A stretch of DNA of 64,000 bases, from the NCBI GenBank assembly GCA_037442925.1, contig JBBIPG010000002.1, positions 12,916-76,915 of the forward strand, in the 5' to 3' direction. Positions 55,008 through 64,000 of this stretch are shown piece after piece (the first letter of the stretch is position 1; the number at the start of each line of letters is the position of its first letter). Position numbers and translations under genes: made by a program. The notes beneath the pieces were generated by a model that did not search any database, was not told the origin of the DNA, and worked only from the letters and a program-made list of their open reading frames with translations. Origin of the DNA: Candidatus Fraserbacteria bacterium. GTDB taxonomy: Bacteria > Bipolaricaulota > Bipolaricaulia > RBG-16-55-9.

Positions 55008-56709
55008 CCAAGCCCTGGCCGAATGGGAGACGTTGCAACACAGTGACAAGCCCCAGATCATTGTGGGCGCTGGGACCTGTGGTCGAGCGGCGGGCGCGCT
55101 GGAAGTGCTCGATGCCATCACGAGGGAACTCGCCCTCTGTGGTATCAAGGCTGTGGTTCGAGAGGTTGGCTGCATGGGCCTCTGCTTTGCCGAGGTTCTT
55201 GTCGACATCATCAAGCCGGGACGACCGCGCATCTGTTACAAGAACATGACGCCGGAGCTGGTTCCAGAGCTGATCGAAGAGTATTTGGTGAGAGACAATC
55301 CACGGCCTGATCTGGCTCTGGGGGCCTTGGGTGAAGGTCAGATCGATGGCATCCCCCGTTTGATGGATCTCCCGCTGATGGCGACCCAGCGGCGCGTCGT
55401 TTTGGCTCGCTGTGGTCACATCAATCCCGAGAGCATTCATGAATACATCGCTACTGACGGTTATGCGGGTTTGCTCAAAGCGTTGGAACAACCTCCCGAA
55501 GCAATCATTGATGAGGTAAAACGATCCGGCTTACGCGGGCGTGGCGGCGCGGGTTTTCCGACGGGGCGCAAATGGGAGCTCTGCCGCCAAGCCCCCGGCG
55601 ACGGAAAATATGTTATTTGCAATGCCCACGAGGGTGATCCCGGCTCCTTTCAGGATCGCACGATTCTGGTCAGTGACCCGCATGCTGTGATCGAGGGCAT
55701 GATTATTGCCGCTTATGCCATCGGTGCCAAGCAGGGCTATATTTACATGGGGGCTGAGAACGCTCTGGTGATGGAGCGTGTGCAGAAGGCTCTTCAGCAA
55801 GCTCGAGAGAATGGGCTCTTAGGCAGGGATATCTTAGACAGCGGCTTCGATTGCGACATCGAGATCTTTGCGGGTGTGGTCGCCTATGTGTGTGGCGAGG
55901 AGACGGCTCTGATTGCTTCCATAGAAGGCAGCCGCGGGATGCCTCGCCCCCGCCCGCCCTTCCCGGCCCAGTCGGGCCTTTGGGGCAAACCCACTGTGAT
56001 CAACAACGTCAAGACCTTGGCCAGCGTTCCGGCCATCATCCGGCAGGGAGCCGACTGGTACGCCCAAATCGGGACCGAAAAGAGCAAAGGGACGGCGATC
56101 TTTTCGCTGGCCGGCAAGATCCAAAACTGTGGACTGCTCGAAGTCCCGATGGGTACGACGCTTTCTCGGATTATTGCTGACATCGGCGGTGGGGTTGCCG
56201 GTGGCAAGGCCCTCAAAGCTGTACAAACGGGGGGCCCTTCGGGAGGCTGTCTGCCGGCGAGTCTATTAGACACTGCCGTGGACTTCGATTCGCTTACAGC
56301 TCTGGGCACGATTATGGGCAGCGGCGGAATGATCGTCATGGATGAAGACACTTGCATGGTAGACATCGCCCGCTACTTTCTTGATTTCGTTCAGAAAGAA
56401 TCTTGCGGCAAGTGCGCACCATGCCGATTGGGCACGAAACAGATGCTCAGCATTCTGGAAGCGATCACACAGGGACGCGGACGAATGGAAGATCTGGACA
56501 GATTGCAAGCGTTGGCAGAATCTGTGAAGGCAGGCGCGCTCTGCGGACTGGGCCAGAGCGCGCCCAATCCTGTGCTCACGACGCTGCGCTACTTCCGCAA
56601 TGAGTATGAAGAGCATATCAAGGAGCATTCTTGTCGCGCCGGTGTCTGTGAGGACTTAGTCGAAGCACCGAAGAAGCGCAAGCTGAGACGAGGTGCTGCC
56701 CAGACATGA
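54976..56709 (+). CDS. NuoF/HydB-like FMN/NAD(P)H subunit
   Basis: N-terminal thioredoxin-like domain (GCMGLC), GRGGAGF, EGDPG, CGEET, GGPSGG, CGKCAPCR, LCGLG; ends after C.AGVC without a 2x[4Fe-4S] domain. Confidence 0.92.
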   Translation: MRNMNFEKLRNQALAEWETLQHSDKPQIIVGAGTCGRAAGALEVLDAITRELALCGIKAVVREVGCMGLCFAEVLVDIIKPGRPRICYKNMTPELVPELIEEYLVRDNPRPDLALGALGEGQIDGIPRLMDLPLMATQRRVVLARCGHINPESIHEYIATDGYAGLLKALEQPPEAIIDEVKRSGLRGRGGAGFPTGRKWELCRQAPGDGKYVICNAHEGDPGSFQDRTILVSDPHAVIEGMIIAAYAIGAKQGYIYMGAENALVMERVQKALQQARENGLLGRDILDSGFDCDIEIFAGVVAYVCGEETALIASIEGSRGMPRPRPPFPAQSGLWGKPTVINNVKTLASVPAIIRQGADWYAQIGTEKSKGTAIFSLAGKIQNCGLLEVPMGTTLSRIIADIGGGVAGGKALKAVQTGGPSGGCLPASLLDTAVDFDSLTALGTIMGSGGMIVMDEDTCMVDIARYFLDFVQKESCGKCAPCRLGTKQMLSILEAITQGRGRMEDLDRLQALAESVKAGALCGLGQSAPNPVLTTLRYFRNEYEEHIKEHSCRAGVCEDLVEAPKKRKLRRGAAQT

Positions 56710-59432
56710 GAGGAAAGAGCATGAGAAGCGTTGCCACGGCTGAAGCTGTCGAGACAATCCCATTGACCATTGACGGCGTACGAGTCCAGACGGAGCGTGG
56801 ACGGACCGTACTCGAGGCCGCTCAAGAAGCCGGGATCTATCTGCCCACGCTCTGCCATCATCCTGAGCTTGAGCCGTATGGCGGCTGCCGTCTTTGCATT
56901 GTCGAAGTCGCAGGACTGCGCGGCCTGCCCACCGCTTGCACGTTGCCTGCGGAAGCCGGAATGGTCGTCCGCACGGAGTCAGAGAAGCTAACTTCCGTGC
57001 GACGCTCGACGCTCGAACTCATCTTGGCCGATCACGCGGGCGATTGTTTGACATGTCGAAAGAACGGCAATTGCAGGCTACAAGAAGTGTCGAGCTACTT
57101 GGGAGTTGATTGTCGACCCCTGTTGCTACGTGAGGCCACCAGACCCATAGATGCCAGTAACCCCTTCTTCACGTTTGATCCCAATAAGTGCATTCTTTGC
57201 GGGATCTGCGTGAGAACCTGCGCGGAAATCCAAGGCGCACATGCCATTGACTTTGCTTGGAGAGGCATTGAAACGAGAGTGACTCCCTCCGGAGGCGGCC
57301 TATGGATCGATTCCAACTGCGAGAGCTGTGGTGAGTGTGTTGTGCGTTGCCCAACGGGAGCGTTGACGGTGAGAAATTTTCAGAAGGCTTCGCGTACAGT
57401 CAAGACGGTCTGCCCCTATTGCGGTGTCGGCTGCAGTCTCTATCTCGGCATACGCGGGAATCGCATCGTGAGCGTGCAGGGTGATCCCGAGAGTCCTGTG
57501 AACGCTGGACGACTCTGCGTCAAGGGGCGTTTCGGGATCATGGAGAGTGTGCACTCCCCACATCGCTTAAAGAAGCCCCTGATCAAGCGCAACGGAAAAT
57601 TCGAGGAGGTGAGCTGGGAGGAAGCCCTTGATCATGTGGCAACGAAACTACGCGAATTGAAAGAACGCTATGGCCCTGATGGGCTCGGTGTCATCTCCTC
57701 ATCGCGTGCCACCAACGAAACGAACTATCTGGCCCAAAAATTCGCGCGTGCTGTCCTAGGCACGAATAAAGTCGATAACTGTGCACGTATCTGCCATGCT
57801 CCCAGTGTCCACGGTCTACTGCGCTCTTTCGGGAGCGGTGCTATGACGAACTCGTTTCGAGAGATTGAGCAAGCTGACTGCATTCTGTTGATTGGCTCTA
57901 ACACGACGGAGGCTCATCCCGTTGCAGGGAGTCGCATTCGAAGGGCCGTCCGAAAAGGCACGAAGCTCATCGTTGTCGATCCACGAGAGATTGAGCTTGC
58001 GAAGATCGCGGATATTCATCTGCCGCTACGTCCCGGTACAGACATCACGTTGGCCAACGCGATGGCACATCACATCATCTCGCAAGGTCTAGAGAATCAG
58101 AGATTCATGGATGAGCGTACGGAAGGCTTCGAAGAATTCTGGGCCGTCGTGCAAAAATACACCCCCGAATACGCTGAGAAGATCACAGGAGTTCCGGCAG
58201 AGAAGATCAAAGCAGCCGCTGAACTCTACGCTCGCGCTCGTCCGGGCATGATCATCTACTGTCTCGGTGTGACCGAGCACACGACCGGTGTCGTCTCCGT
58301 GCAAGCCATCGCCAATCTTGCTCTGATCACAGGGCATATTGGAAAACCCAGCTCCGGAGTGAACCCGCTGCGCGGTCAGAACAACGTTCAGGGAGCGTGC
58401 GACATGGGAGCATTGCCGGAGTTTCTTCCGGGCTATCAGCGTTGGGATCACCCAGAACACGTGAAGAAATTCGAAGAAGCCTGGGGCGTGTCTCTACCCA
58501 AGACGCCCGCCTACTACCCGCTCATCTTCTGCTCGCGCATGTGGGATGACATCCTCAAGGGCAATCTCCACGGTCTTTACATCATTGGGGAAGACGTGGC
58601 CATGACGGAGGCCAATATCAGCAAAGTCCGCAAAGCTCTTGAAAGTCTTGACTTTCTCGTCGTGCAAGAGCTATTTATGACTCCCACAGCTGAGTTGGCT
58701 CACGTCGTGCTGCCCGCGGCTGGTTTTGCCGAGATCGACGGGACGTTCACAGATTCTGAGCGGCGTGTCCAGCGTCTGCGCCCAGCTATTGAGCCTCCGG
58801 GGGAAGCCAAGCCGGATTGGCAGATCATCTGTGAGATTTCCCATCGAATGGGCTACCCCATGGAATACTCCACAGCCGAAGAAGCCTTCGACGAGCTACG
58901 TCGGCTGATACCAACATACGGGGGCATCACATATAAGAGACTCGGTGAGAATTCGGGCTTGCAGTGGCCGTGCCCTGATGAGGCGCATCCTGGCACGAAG
59001 TTCTTACACGGTGAGAAATTCACCCGTGGCCGAGGGAAGCTAGCGGGAATCGAACAAGAGCCCCCTGCCGAAATCCCCGACGATGAGTATCCACTCTTAC
59101 TGACGACCGGCCGAGTGTTGCAGCACTACAACTGTGCGAACATGACCATGAGCGTGCCAGGCTTAGAGAAGCTAGTCCCAGAGAATTTCGTTGAACTCTC
59201 AGCCGAAGATGCCGAGCGATTGGGCATTGTGAATGGAGATCGGGTCCGTGTAGTCAGCCGGCGCGGTGAAGTACTGGTGCGAACTCGAGTGCGGCATATT
59301 ACAGAAGGCACTGTCTGGATGCCATTTCATCACAAAGGGCAACCCACGAACTTGCTCACAAACGACGCCCTTGATCCGATCTGCGGGACGGCAGAACTGA
59401 AGGCTTGCGCCGTGCGCATCGAGCGAGTCTGA
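56706..59432 (+). CDS. fdhF: Formate dehydrogenase alpha subunit with N-terminal NuoG/HydA-like Fe-S domains
   Basis: LC...CRLC...TAC, H..DCLTC..C, CILCGICVRTC, CESCGEC, CPYCGVGC, LCVKG, NCARICH (Cys ligand plus His), RGQNNVQG. Confidence 0.92.
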   Translation: MRGKSMRSVATAEAVETIPLTIDGVRVQTERGRTVLEAAQEAGIYLPTLCHHPELEPYGGCRLCIVEVAGLRGLPTACTLPAEAGMVVRTESEKLTSVRRSTLELILADHAGDCLTCRKNGNCRLQEVSSYLGVDCRPLLLREATRPIDASNPFFTFDPNKCILCGICVRTCAEIQGAHAIDFAWRGIETRVTPSGGGLWIDSNCESCGECVVRCPTGALTVRNFQKASRTVKTVCPYCGVGCSLYLGIRGNRIVSVQGDPESPVNAGRLCVKGRFGIMESVHSPHRLKKPLIKRNGKFEEVSWEEALDHVATKLRELKERYGPDGLGVISSSRATNETNYLAQKFARAVLGTNKVDNCARICHAPSVHGLLRSFGSGAMTNSFREIEQADCILLIGSNTTEAHPVAGSRIRRAVRKGTKLIVVDPREIELAKIADIHLPLRPGTDITLANAMAHHIISQGLENQRFMDERTEGFEEFWAVVQKYTPEYAEKITGVPAEKIKAAAELYARARPGMIIYCLGVTEHTTGVVSVQAIANLALITGHIGKPSSGVNPLRGQNNVQGACDMGALPEFLPGYQRWDHPEHVKKFEEAWGVSLPKTPAYYPLIFCSRMWDDILKGNLHGLYIIGEDVAMTEANISKVRKALESLDFLVVQELFMTPTAELAHVVLPAAGFAEIDGTFTDSERRVQRLRPAIEPPGEAKPDWQIICEISHRMGYPMEYSTAEEAFDELRRLIPTYGGITYKRLGENSGLQWPCPDEAHPGTKFLHGEKFTRGRGKLAGIEQEPPAEIPDDEYPLLLTTGRVLQHYNCANMTMSVPGLEKLVPENFVELSAEDAERLGIVNGDRVRVVSRRGEVLVRTRVRHITEGTVWMPFHHKGQPTNLLTNDALDPICGTAELKACAVRIERV

Positions 59433-59490
59433 CGGTGGTCATAGTCTTGTGCGTTAACGACGTATAATCTGGAAGGGAGTGAGGTGCACG

Positions 59491-59721
59491 ATGGCTTCTC
59501 AAGCGGAGGCAAAGGTCATCGAGTGCGAATATCTCGGCCCTTGGATCATCAGTCGTGATGTTCGGATGGGGCAGACGTGCTGGCATCCCGCGAACCTCAA
59601 GGATGGTCGCCCGCATCTCTTCAGCAAGTGCTGCGAGGAATGGGGCGACGATTGTCCCATCCATCGAAAAGGGACCAAGAGCAAGGCGTTAGCCGATTGC
59701 ATAGATTGCGGAAGTTGGTGA
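59491..59721 (+). CDS. Small Cys/His-rich hypothetical protein (76 aa)
   Basis: TATAAT at 59463, GAGGTG RBS, ATG 59491; 7 Cys including CWHP, CC, CPIH, CIDC. Confidence 0.6.
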   Translation: MASQAEAKVIECEYLGPWIISRDVRMGQTCWHPANLKDGRPHLFSKCCEEWGDDCPIHRKGTKSKALADCIDCGSW

Positions 59722-59746
59722 GACGTTCTTACTTTCTTTGATGAAT

Positions 59747-60208
59747 TCATTTGCCCAGGATTGATTGGCGCCATAGCAGAGCGCGCTTTTGTTTCACAAT
59801 CTGCGCCAGGTCCTGGAGGCTCGTGTTCTGCCAGTACTGTTTGATCTGACGACGCAGGGGTTCCCAGAGATGATGCTGCGGACAAGGTGATTCGTTGGAA
59901 CATGCAGGCAGTCCAAGGGCACAGCGGTCGAGTGCCCTCGTGCCATCCACCGCAGCGACGATGTCCAGCAGTGTGATCTCACCCGCAGCTCTGGCCAGGG
60001 CAAAGCCTCCGTGCGGTCCTTTCGATGAGCGAAGAATCTGGGCGCGCGCCAGCGTTTGGAAGACCTTGCCCAGGAAATGCCTGGGTATTCCTTCGGCTTT
60101 GGCAATGTCTTTCACACGGCAGACGTTCCCGCCTTCGGGCTCCGCCCGAGAGAGAGCTAGGCGAATGAGCGCGCGTATGGCGTATTCACACGTAATGGAG
60201 TAGAGCAT
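59747..60208 (-). CDS. Rrf2-family regulator (paralog of 21300-21737)
   Basis: CEYAIRAL, KGPHGGFALAR, CALGLPACSNESPCPQH. Confidence 0.92.
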   Translation of the reverse strand: MLYSITCEYAIRALIRLALSRAEPEGGNVCRVKDIAKAEGIPRHFLGKVFQTLARAQILRSSKGPHGGFALARAAGEITLLDIVAAVDGTRALDRCALGLPACSNESPCPQHHLWEPLRRQIKQYWQNTSLQDLAQIVKQKRALLWRQSILGK

Positions 60209-60247
60209 GCAATGAATTTCCCTCGATATTGCAGACTTTCAGATGCG

Positions 60248-60276
60248 AATATAGCTAAAAGCCGAAGAGTCGTCAA
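60248..60276 (-). promoter_or_regulatory. Sigma70 promoter of rrf2 copy 2
   Basis: TTGACG-17 nt-TATATT on the minus strand. Confidence 0.65.
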
Positions 60277-60476
60277 TGACGTAGATCATGGAAGGATGTG
60301 CTACGGAGAGGTTCAGCACAGCAGCTGCCATGAAGTGAACCCCATGACGAAGGGCAGCAGTTGAGTTGATCTGCATCAGCGGAAGATGATAGATATCAGG
60401 GGTCACACTGGCTGGCCTCAGGCATGAAACGATCGATGGATCATATAATGGGAATAGCAACGTAGAGGTGATGCGC

Positions 60477-61646
60477 ATGAACACGGGAAGATCATCCGTA
60501 AGGGTCGATGATAGGGCCATCATCGAACGTTCGGATCTTCCGAGACTCTTCCAAGTGTTGCAGCAGCAGGGCTATCGCGTGGTTGGCCCCACCGTTCGGG
60601 AGGGTGCCATCGTCTACGATGAGCTTAGCTCCTTTGATGACTTGCCCATTGGGTGGACGGATGAACAGGACGGAGGCAGGTATCGGCTCAAGAAGCGTGC
60701 GGACAAAGCCCTCTTTGGCTACGTCGTCGGGCCACATTCATGGAAGAGATTTCTCCATCCGCCGGTGATCCACCTCTGGAAGGCCAAGCGCAATGGGCAG
60801 AGCTTTGAGATTGAGAATGACGATATGGAGATGCCCCGATATGCCTTCATCGGCGTTCGTTCGTGCGAACTGCACGCCATCGCCATTCAAGATCGAGTCT
60901 TCCTGAATGGGAAGTATGTCGATCCCATTTACAAAGCGCGGCGTGAGCAGGCATTTGTCGTTGCGGTCAACTGCGGACAGGCAGGCGGAACATGCTTTTG
61001 TGTTTCGATGAAGACAGGTCCCAAAGCCACCTTCGGCTTTGATCTGGCTCTTACGGAGATCCTCGAAGAGAAGAGACACTATTTCGTAGTGGAAGTCGGC
61101 ACGGAACTCGGTGCGAGTATTCTTCGTGCAATCCCTCATCAAGAAGCGCGTGAGGGAGAAGAGCGAGCGGCAGAGCGAGCGGTGGAACGAGCAGCCCAGC
61201 AGATGGGTCGCATGATGGATACTTCGGACATAAGAGACTTGCTCTACCGCAACCTGGAGCATCCACGCTGGGATGACGTCGCCAATCGTTGCCTGAGCTG
61301 TGCTAACTGCACGATGGTCTGTCCGACCTGCTTCTGCACCACCGTGGAAGACGTCACGGATCTTAGTGGTCAAAGTGCCGAGCGCATTCGCAAGTGGGAT
61401 TCCTGTTTCACCCTGGACTTTTCATACATTCATGGGGGCAGCGTTCGCACCTCGCCGAAATCCCGCTATCGCCAATGGATGACCCATAAGCTGGCCAGTT
61501 GGATCGATCAGTTTGGGACATCGGGTTGCGTGGGTTGCGGACGCTGTATTACCTGGTGTCCGGTTGGGATTGACATCACGGAAGAGGTTCGCGCCATTCA
61601 GGAGAGTGAACAATCTATTAAGGAGGCTACTGATGGAAACGCTTGA
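60477..61646 (+). CDS. Group 3b [NiFe] sulfhydrogenase beta (Fe-S) subunit
   Basis: GVRSCEL, TCFC, CLSCANCTMVCPTCFC, WDSCF, CVGCGRCITWCP; start 60471 or 60477. Confidence 0.9.
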   Translation: MNTGRSSVRVDDRAIIERSDLPRLFQVLQQQGYRVVGPTVREGAIVYDELSSFDDLPIGWTDEQDGGRYRLKKRADKALFGYVVGPHSWKRFLHPPVIHLWKAKRNGQSFEIENDDMEMPRYAFIGVRSCELHAIAIQDRVFLNGKYVDPIYKARREQAFVVAVNCGQAGGTCFCVSMKTGPKATFGFDLALTEILEEKRHYFVVEVGTELGASILRAIPHQEAREGEERAAERAVERAAQQMGRMMDTSDIRDLLYRNLEHPRWDDVANRCLSCANCTMVCPTCFCTTVEDVTDLSGQSAERIRKWDSCFTLDFSYIHGGSVRTSPKSRYRQWMTHKLASWIDQFGTSGCVGCGRCITWCPVGIDITEEVRAIQESEQSIKEATDGNA

Positions 61647-62094
61647 GAGTCTGTTGGCGGAGCATCCCTTCTTCAAAGAGTTGGATCCACGCTACATCAC
61701 GTTGATTGCTGACTGTGCATCCGAAGCCAGCTTCAAAGCAGGGGATTTCATCTTTCGTGAGGGAGACCCCGCGACGCACTTCTGGCTGATACGCCAAGGG
61801 AAAGTATCTCTGGAGATCTTCGCTCCGGGACGGGGTCCCATCATGATCGAAACGCTGAGCGATGGTGACGTGATGGGCTGGTCGTGGATCGTTGAACCCT
61901 ACCGGAAACAGTACGATGGGAGAGCGCTGGAACTTACGCGGACGCTTGTCTTCGATGCCCGGTGCATACGAGGGAAATGCGAGACCGAGCCGAAACTTGG
62001 CTACGAGCTCTTCAAGCGATTTGCGCAGATCTTTGGAGAGCGGCTGCAGGCTACCCGAATGCGGCTCTTAGATCTCTATGGTGTTCATAGTTAA
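61633..62094 (+). CDS. Stand-alone cyclic-nucleotide-binding-domain protein
   Basis: [20 protein letters not shown]; no HTH; AGGAGG RBS. Confidence 0.85.
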   Translation: METLESLLAEHPFFKELDPRYITLIADCASEASFKAGDFIFREGDPATHFWLIRQGKVSLEIFAPGRGPIMIETLSDGDVMGWSWIVEPYRKQYDGRALELTRTLVFDARCIRGKCETEPKLGYELFKRFAQIFGERLQATRMRLLDLYGVHS

Positions 62095-62104
62095 ACCGGA
62101 GATC

Positions 62105-62771
62105 ATGGAACAAACAGTTGTAGACCCGATGCTCCCTCAGCCCTATCGCGTCCAACGAGTGCGCAAAGAAACGTGCGATACCTTCACCCTGGAGCTGGAA
62201 CCTGCCCCCCATCCCCTCTCCGGAGCGCAGAGGGGTGCCGCAGGCGGCATGAGGTTTGCTCCCGGACAGTTCAGCATGCTCTACCACTTTGGAATAGGCG
62301 AGGTTCCCATCTCGATCAGCGGTGATCCAAGTGAACCCAACAGACTGATCCACACCGTGCGAGCGGTGGGTGCGGTCACAAAGGTCCCAGGATCTCCTCT
62401 ACCGGCGTGAGCTGGAGCACTGGCGTGGCCGCTTTGACCTCGAAGTGGAAGTCACGGTGGACGCCGCACGGCCTGATGAGTGGCGCGGCCATGTGGGCGT
62501 CGTCACCACTCTCGTTTCGAGAGCCAGCTTCGACACACGCCACACGACAGCCCTGATCTGTGGGCCGGAGATCATGATGCGCTTCACGATCCTGGAACTT
62601 GAGAAGGTGGGCGTACCAGACAATCAGCTCTTCCTCTCGATGGAGCGCAACATGAAGTGTGCCATTGGCTTCTGCGGACACTGTCAGTATGGTCCCACGT
62701 TCATCTGCAAGGATGGCCCAGTCTTTCGCTATGATTGCCTCAAAGAGATCTTTGGAAAGCGTGAGATCTGA
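62105..62771 (+). pseudogene. Sulfhydrogenase gamma (FAD/NAD) subunit with internal deletion and frameshift
   Basis: First frame FAPGQF...GEVPISI...VRAVGAVTK; switch near 62383 to DLLY...CGPEIMM...[14 protein letters not shown]...CKDGP; RGPFG and GGxGxxP segments are missing. Confidence 0.8.
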
Positions 62772-62772
62772 T

Positions 62773-63561
62773 ATGCCCACGAGACGCAAACCGAAGCTAG
62801 CTGTCTGGAAGTTTGCCTCGTGTGACGGCTGTCAACTCAGCTTGCTCGATTGTGAGGACGAGCTACTCGCCGTCGCCGGCGCCATCGAGATCGCCAATTT
62901 TGCAGAGGCTTCTCGTGCCATGGTGAGAGGGCCGTATGACCTCTCGCTTGTGGAAGGCTCGATCACCACAGAGCATGACGCAGTGCGCATTCAGCAAATC
63001 CGGCATTCCTCAAAGTTCTTGATCACTATCGGTGCGTGTGCTACAGCTGGCGGCATTCAAGCACTGCGCAACTTCAAAGACGTCAAAGAGTTCATCTCCA
63101 TTGTCTACGCCAAGCCCGAGTATATTGACACCCTCAATACATCCACGCCCATCTCCGCGCACGTCCATGTCGATTTTGAGCTTCGCGGATGTCCCATCAA
63201 TAAGCACCAACTTCTCGAGGCTGTTACAGCCTTTCTCCATGGACGCAAGCCCAATACACCCGCTCACAGCGTCTGCATAGAGTGCAAGCGCCGTGGCACG
63301 GTCTGCGTGATGACGGCTCATGGAATCCCGTGTCTAGGACCTGTGACTCAGGCAGGGTGTGGTGCCATCTGCCCAGTATATCATCGTGGCTGCTACGGTT
63401 GCTTCGGCCCTAAAGAGACGCCGAACACCGCCTCACTCAGTGCTTGGTGGCGTCGTCTGGGTGTGAAGGAACAAGATTTGGTCCGAGCATTCCGTGGCTT
63501 CAACGCCTACGCAGAGCCCTTTAGAAAAGAGAGTGAACTCCATGAACAGACAACAAGCTAG
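62773..63561 (+). CDS. Group 3b [NiFe] hydrogenase small (delta) subunit
   Basis: SCDGCQ, VEGS, GACA..GG, GCP, VCIECK, CLGPVT.AGCGA.CP, CYGCFGP. Confidence 0.9.
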   Translation: MPTRRKPKLAVWKFASCDGCQLSLLDCEDELLAVAGAIEIANFAEASRAMVRGPYDLSLVEGSITTEHDAVRIQQIRHSSKFLITIGACATAGGIQALRNFKDVKEFISIVYAKPEYIDTLNTSTPISAHVHVDFELRGCPINKHQLLEAVTAFLHGRKPNTPAHSVCIECKRRGTVCVMTAHGIPCLGPVTQAGCGAICPVYHRGCYGCFGPKETPNTASLSAWWRRLGVKEQDLVRAFRGFNAYAEPFRKESELHEQTTS

Positions 63562-63987
63562 AACCATCCGAGTGGACTATCTCGCCCGCGTCGAAGGCGA
63601 AGGTGCACTGTATGTCAAGATCAAAGATGATGCCGTCAAAGATGTGAAATTGAAGATCTTTGAGCCGCCGCGCTTCTTTGAAGCCTTCCTGCGTGGGCGC
63701 AACTTCACGGAAGCCCCAGACATCACAGCCCGCATCTGTGGCATCTGTCCCATTGCCTACCAGATGAGCTCTTGCCATGCGATGGAAGACGCCTGCGGAG
63801 TGAAAGTCGACGGGCCATTGCGTGCACTTCGACGATTGATCTACTGTGGCGAGTGGATCGAAAGTCATGCACTTCACATCTATCTGCTTCACGCTCCCGA
63901 TTTTCTGGGCTACGAGAGCGCGATTCACATGGTGAAGGATCATCCAGAGATCGTCCAACAGGGCCTAAAGCTAAAGAAGATCGGCAA
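63542..63987 (+). CDS. Group 3b [NiFe] hydrogenase large (alpha) subunit, 5' part
   Basis: Manual translation: [21 protein letters not shown]...EPPRFFE...[10 protein letters not shown] (L1 motif)...ESHALH; truncated. Confidence 0.92.
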
Positions 63988-64000
63988 AGATCGGAAGAGC
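63988..64000 (+). other. Illumina adapter remnant
   Basis: The last 13 nt are AGATCGGAAGAGC, the common TruSeq adapter prefix. Confidence 0.9.

Noticed and set aside
56706..59432. Selenocysteine recoding in the formate dehydrogenase
   Set aside because: The ligand is TGC Cys (NCARICH) and the ORF is uninterrupted.
60239..60523. 94-aa minus-strand ORF or possible ncRNA in the rrf2-hydrogenase gap
   Set aside because: Overlaps promoter elements and the beta-subunit start; no RBS, motif or recognisable RNA fold.

Overview
GC-rich bacterial window devoted almost entirely to anaerobic energy and carbon metabolism. In order: a divergent NarG-like molybdoenzyme (cut by the left edge) behind a membrane-anchored cytochrome c and a Cys-rich PAS-BTAD regulator; rluA-like, kbl-like and Crp/Fnr genes; a CRP-box operon (HTH-GNAT fused to a GltD-like flavoprotein, then Por-type and Kor-type 2-oxoacid:ferredoxin oxidoreductases); a two-component system with DUF2231/DUF5666 targets; Rrf2, Lon-like protease and hypFCDE; a third 2-oxoacid oxidoreductase whose delta subunit contains a GltD-like flavoprotein; a CODH/ACS (Wood-Ljungdahl) cluster; thiolase/FadN; an octaheme HAO-family cytochrome; a NuoEF-coupled formate dehydrogenase; a second Rrf2; and a group 3b [NiFe] hydrogenase operon with a broken gamma gene, cut at the right edge by an Illumina adapter remnant. 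The most striking items are (1) a 459-aa LAGLIDADG intein in acetyl-CoA synthase, inserted directly before the Ni-binding Cys-Gly-Cys motif, (2) a NarG-like enzyme with remodelled substrate-pocket motifs, and (3) two independent couplings of NAD(P)H flavoproteins to 2-oxoacid oxidoreductases. No rRNA, tRNA, CRISPR or transposase was recognised. All family calls are from motif recognition by eye; no searches were run.
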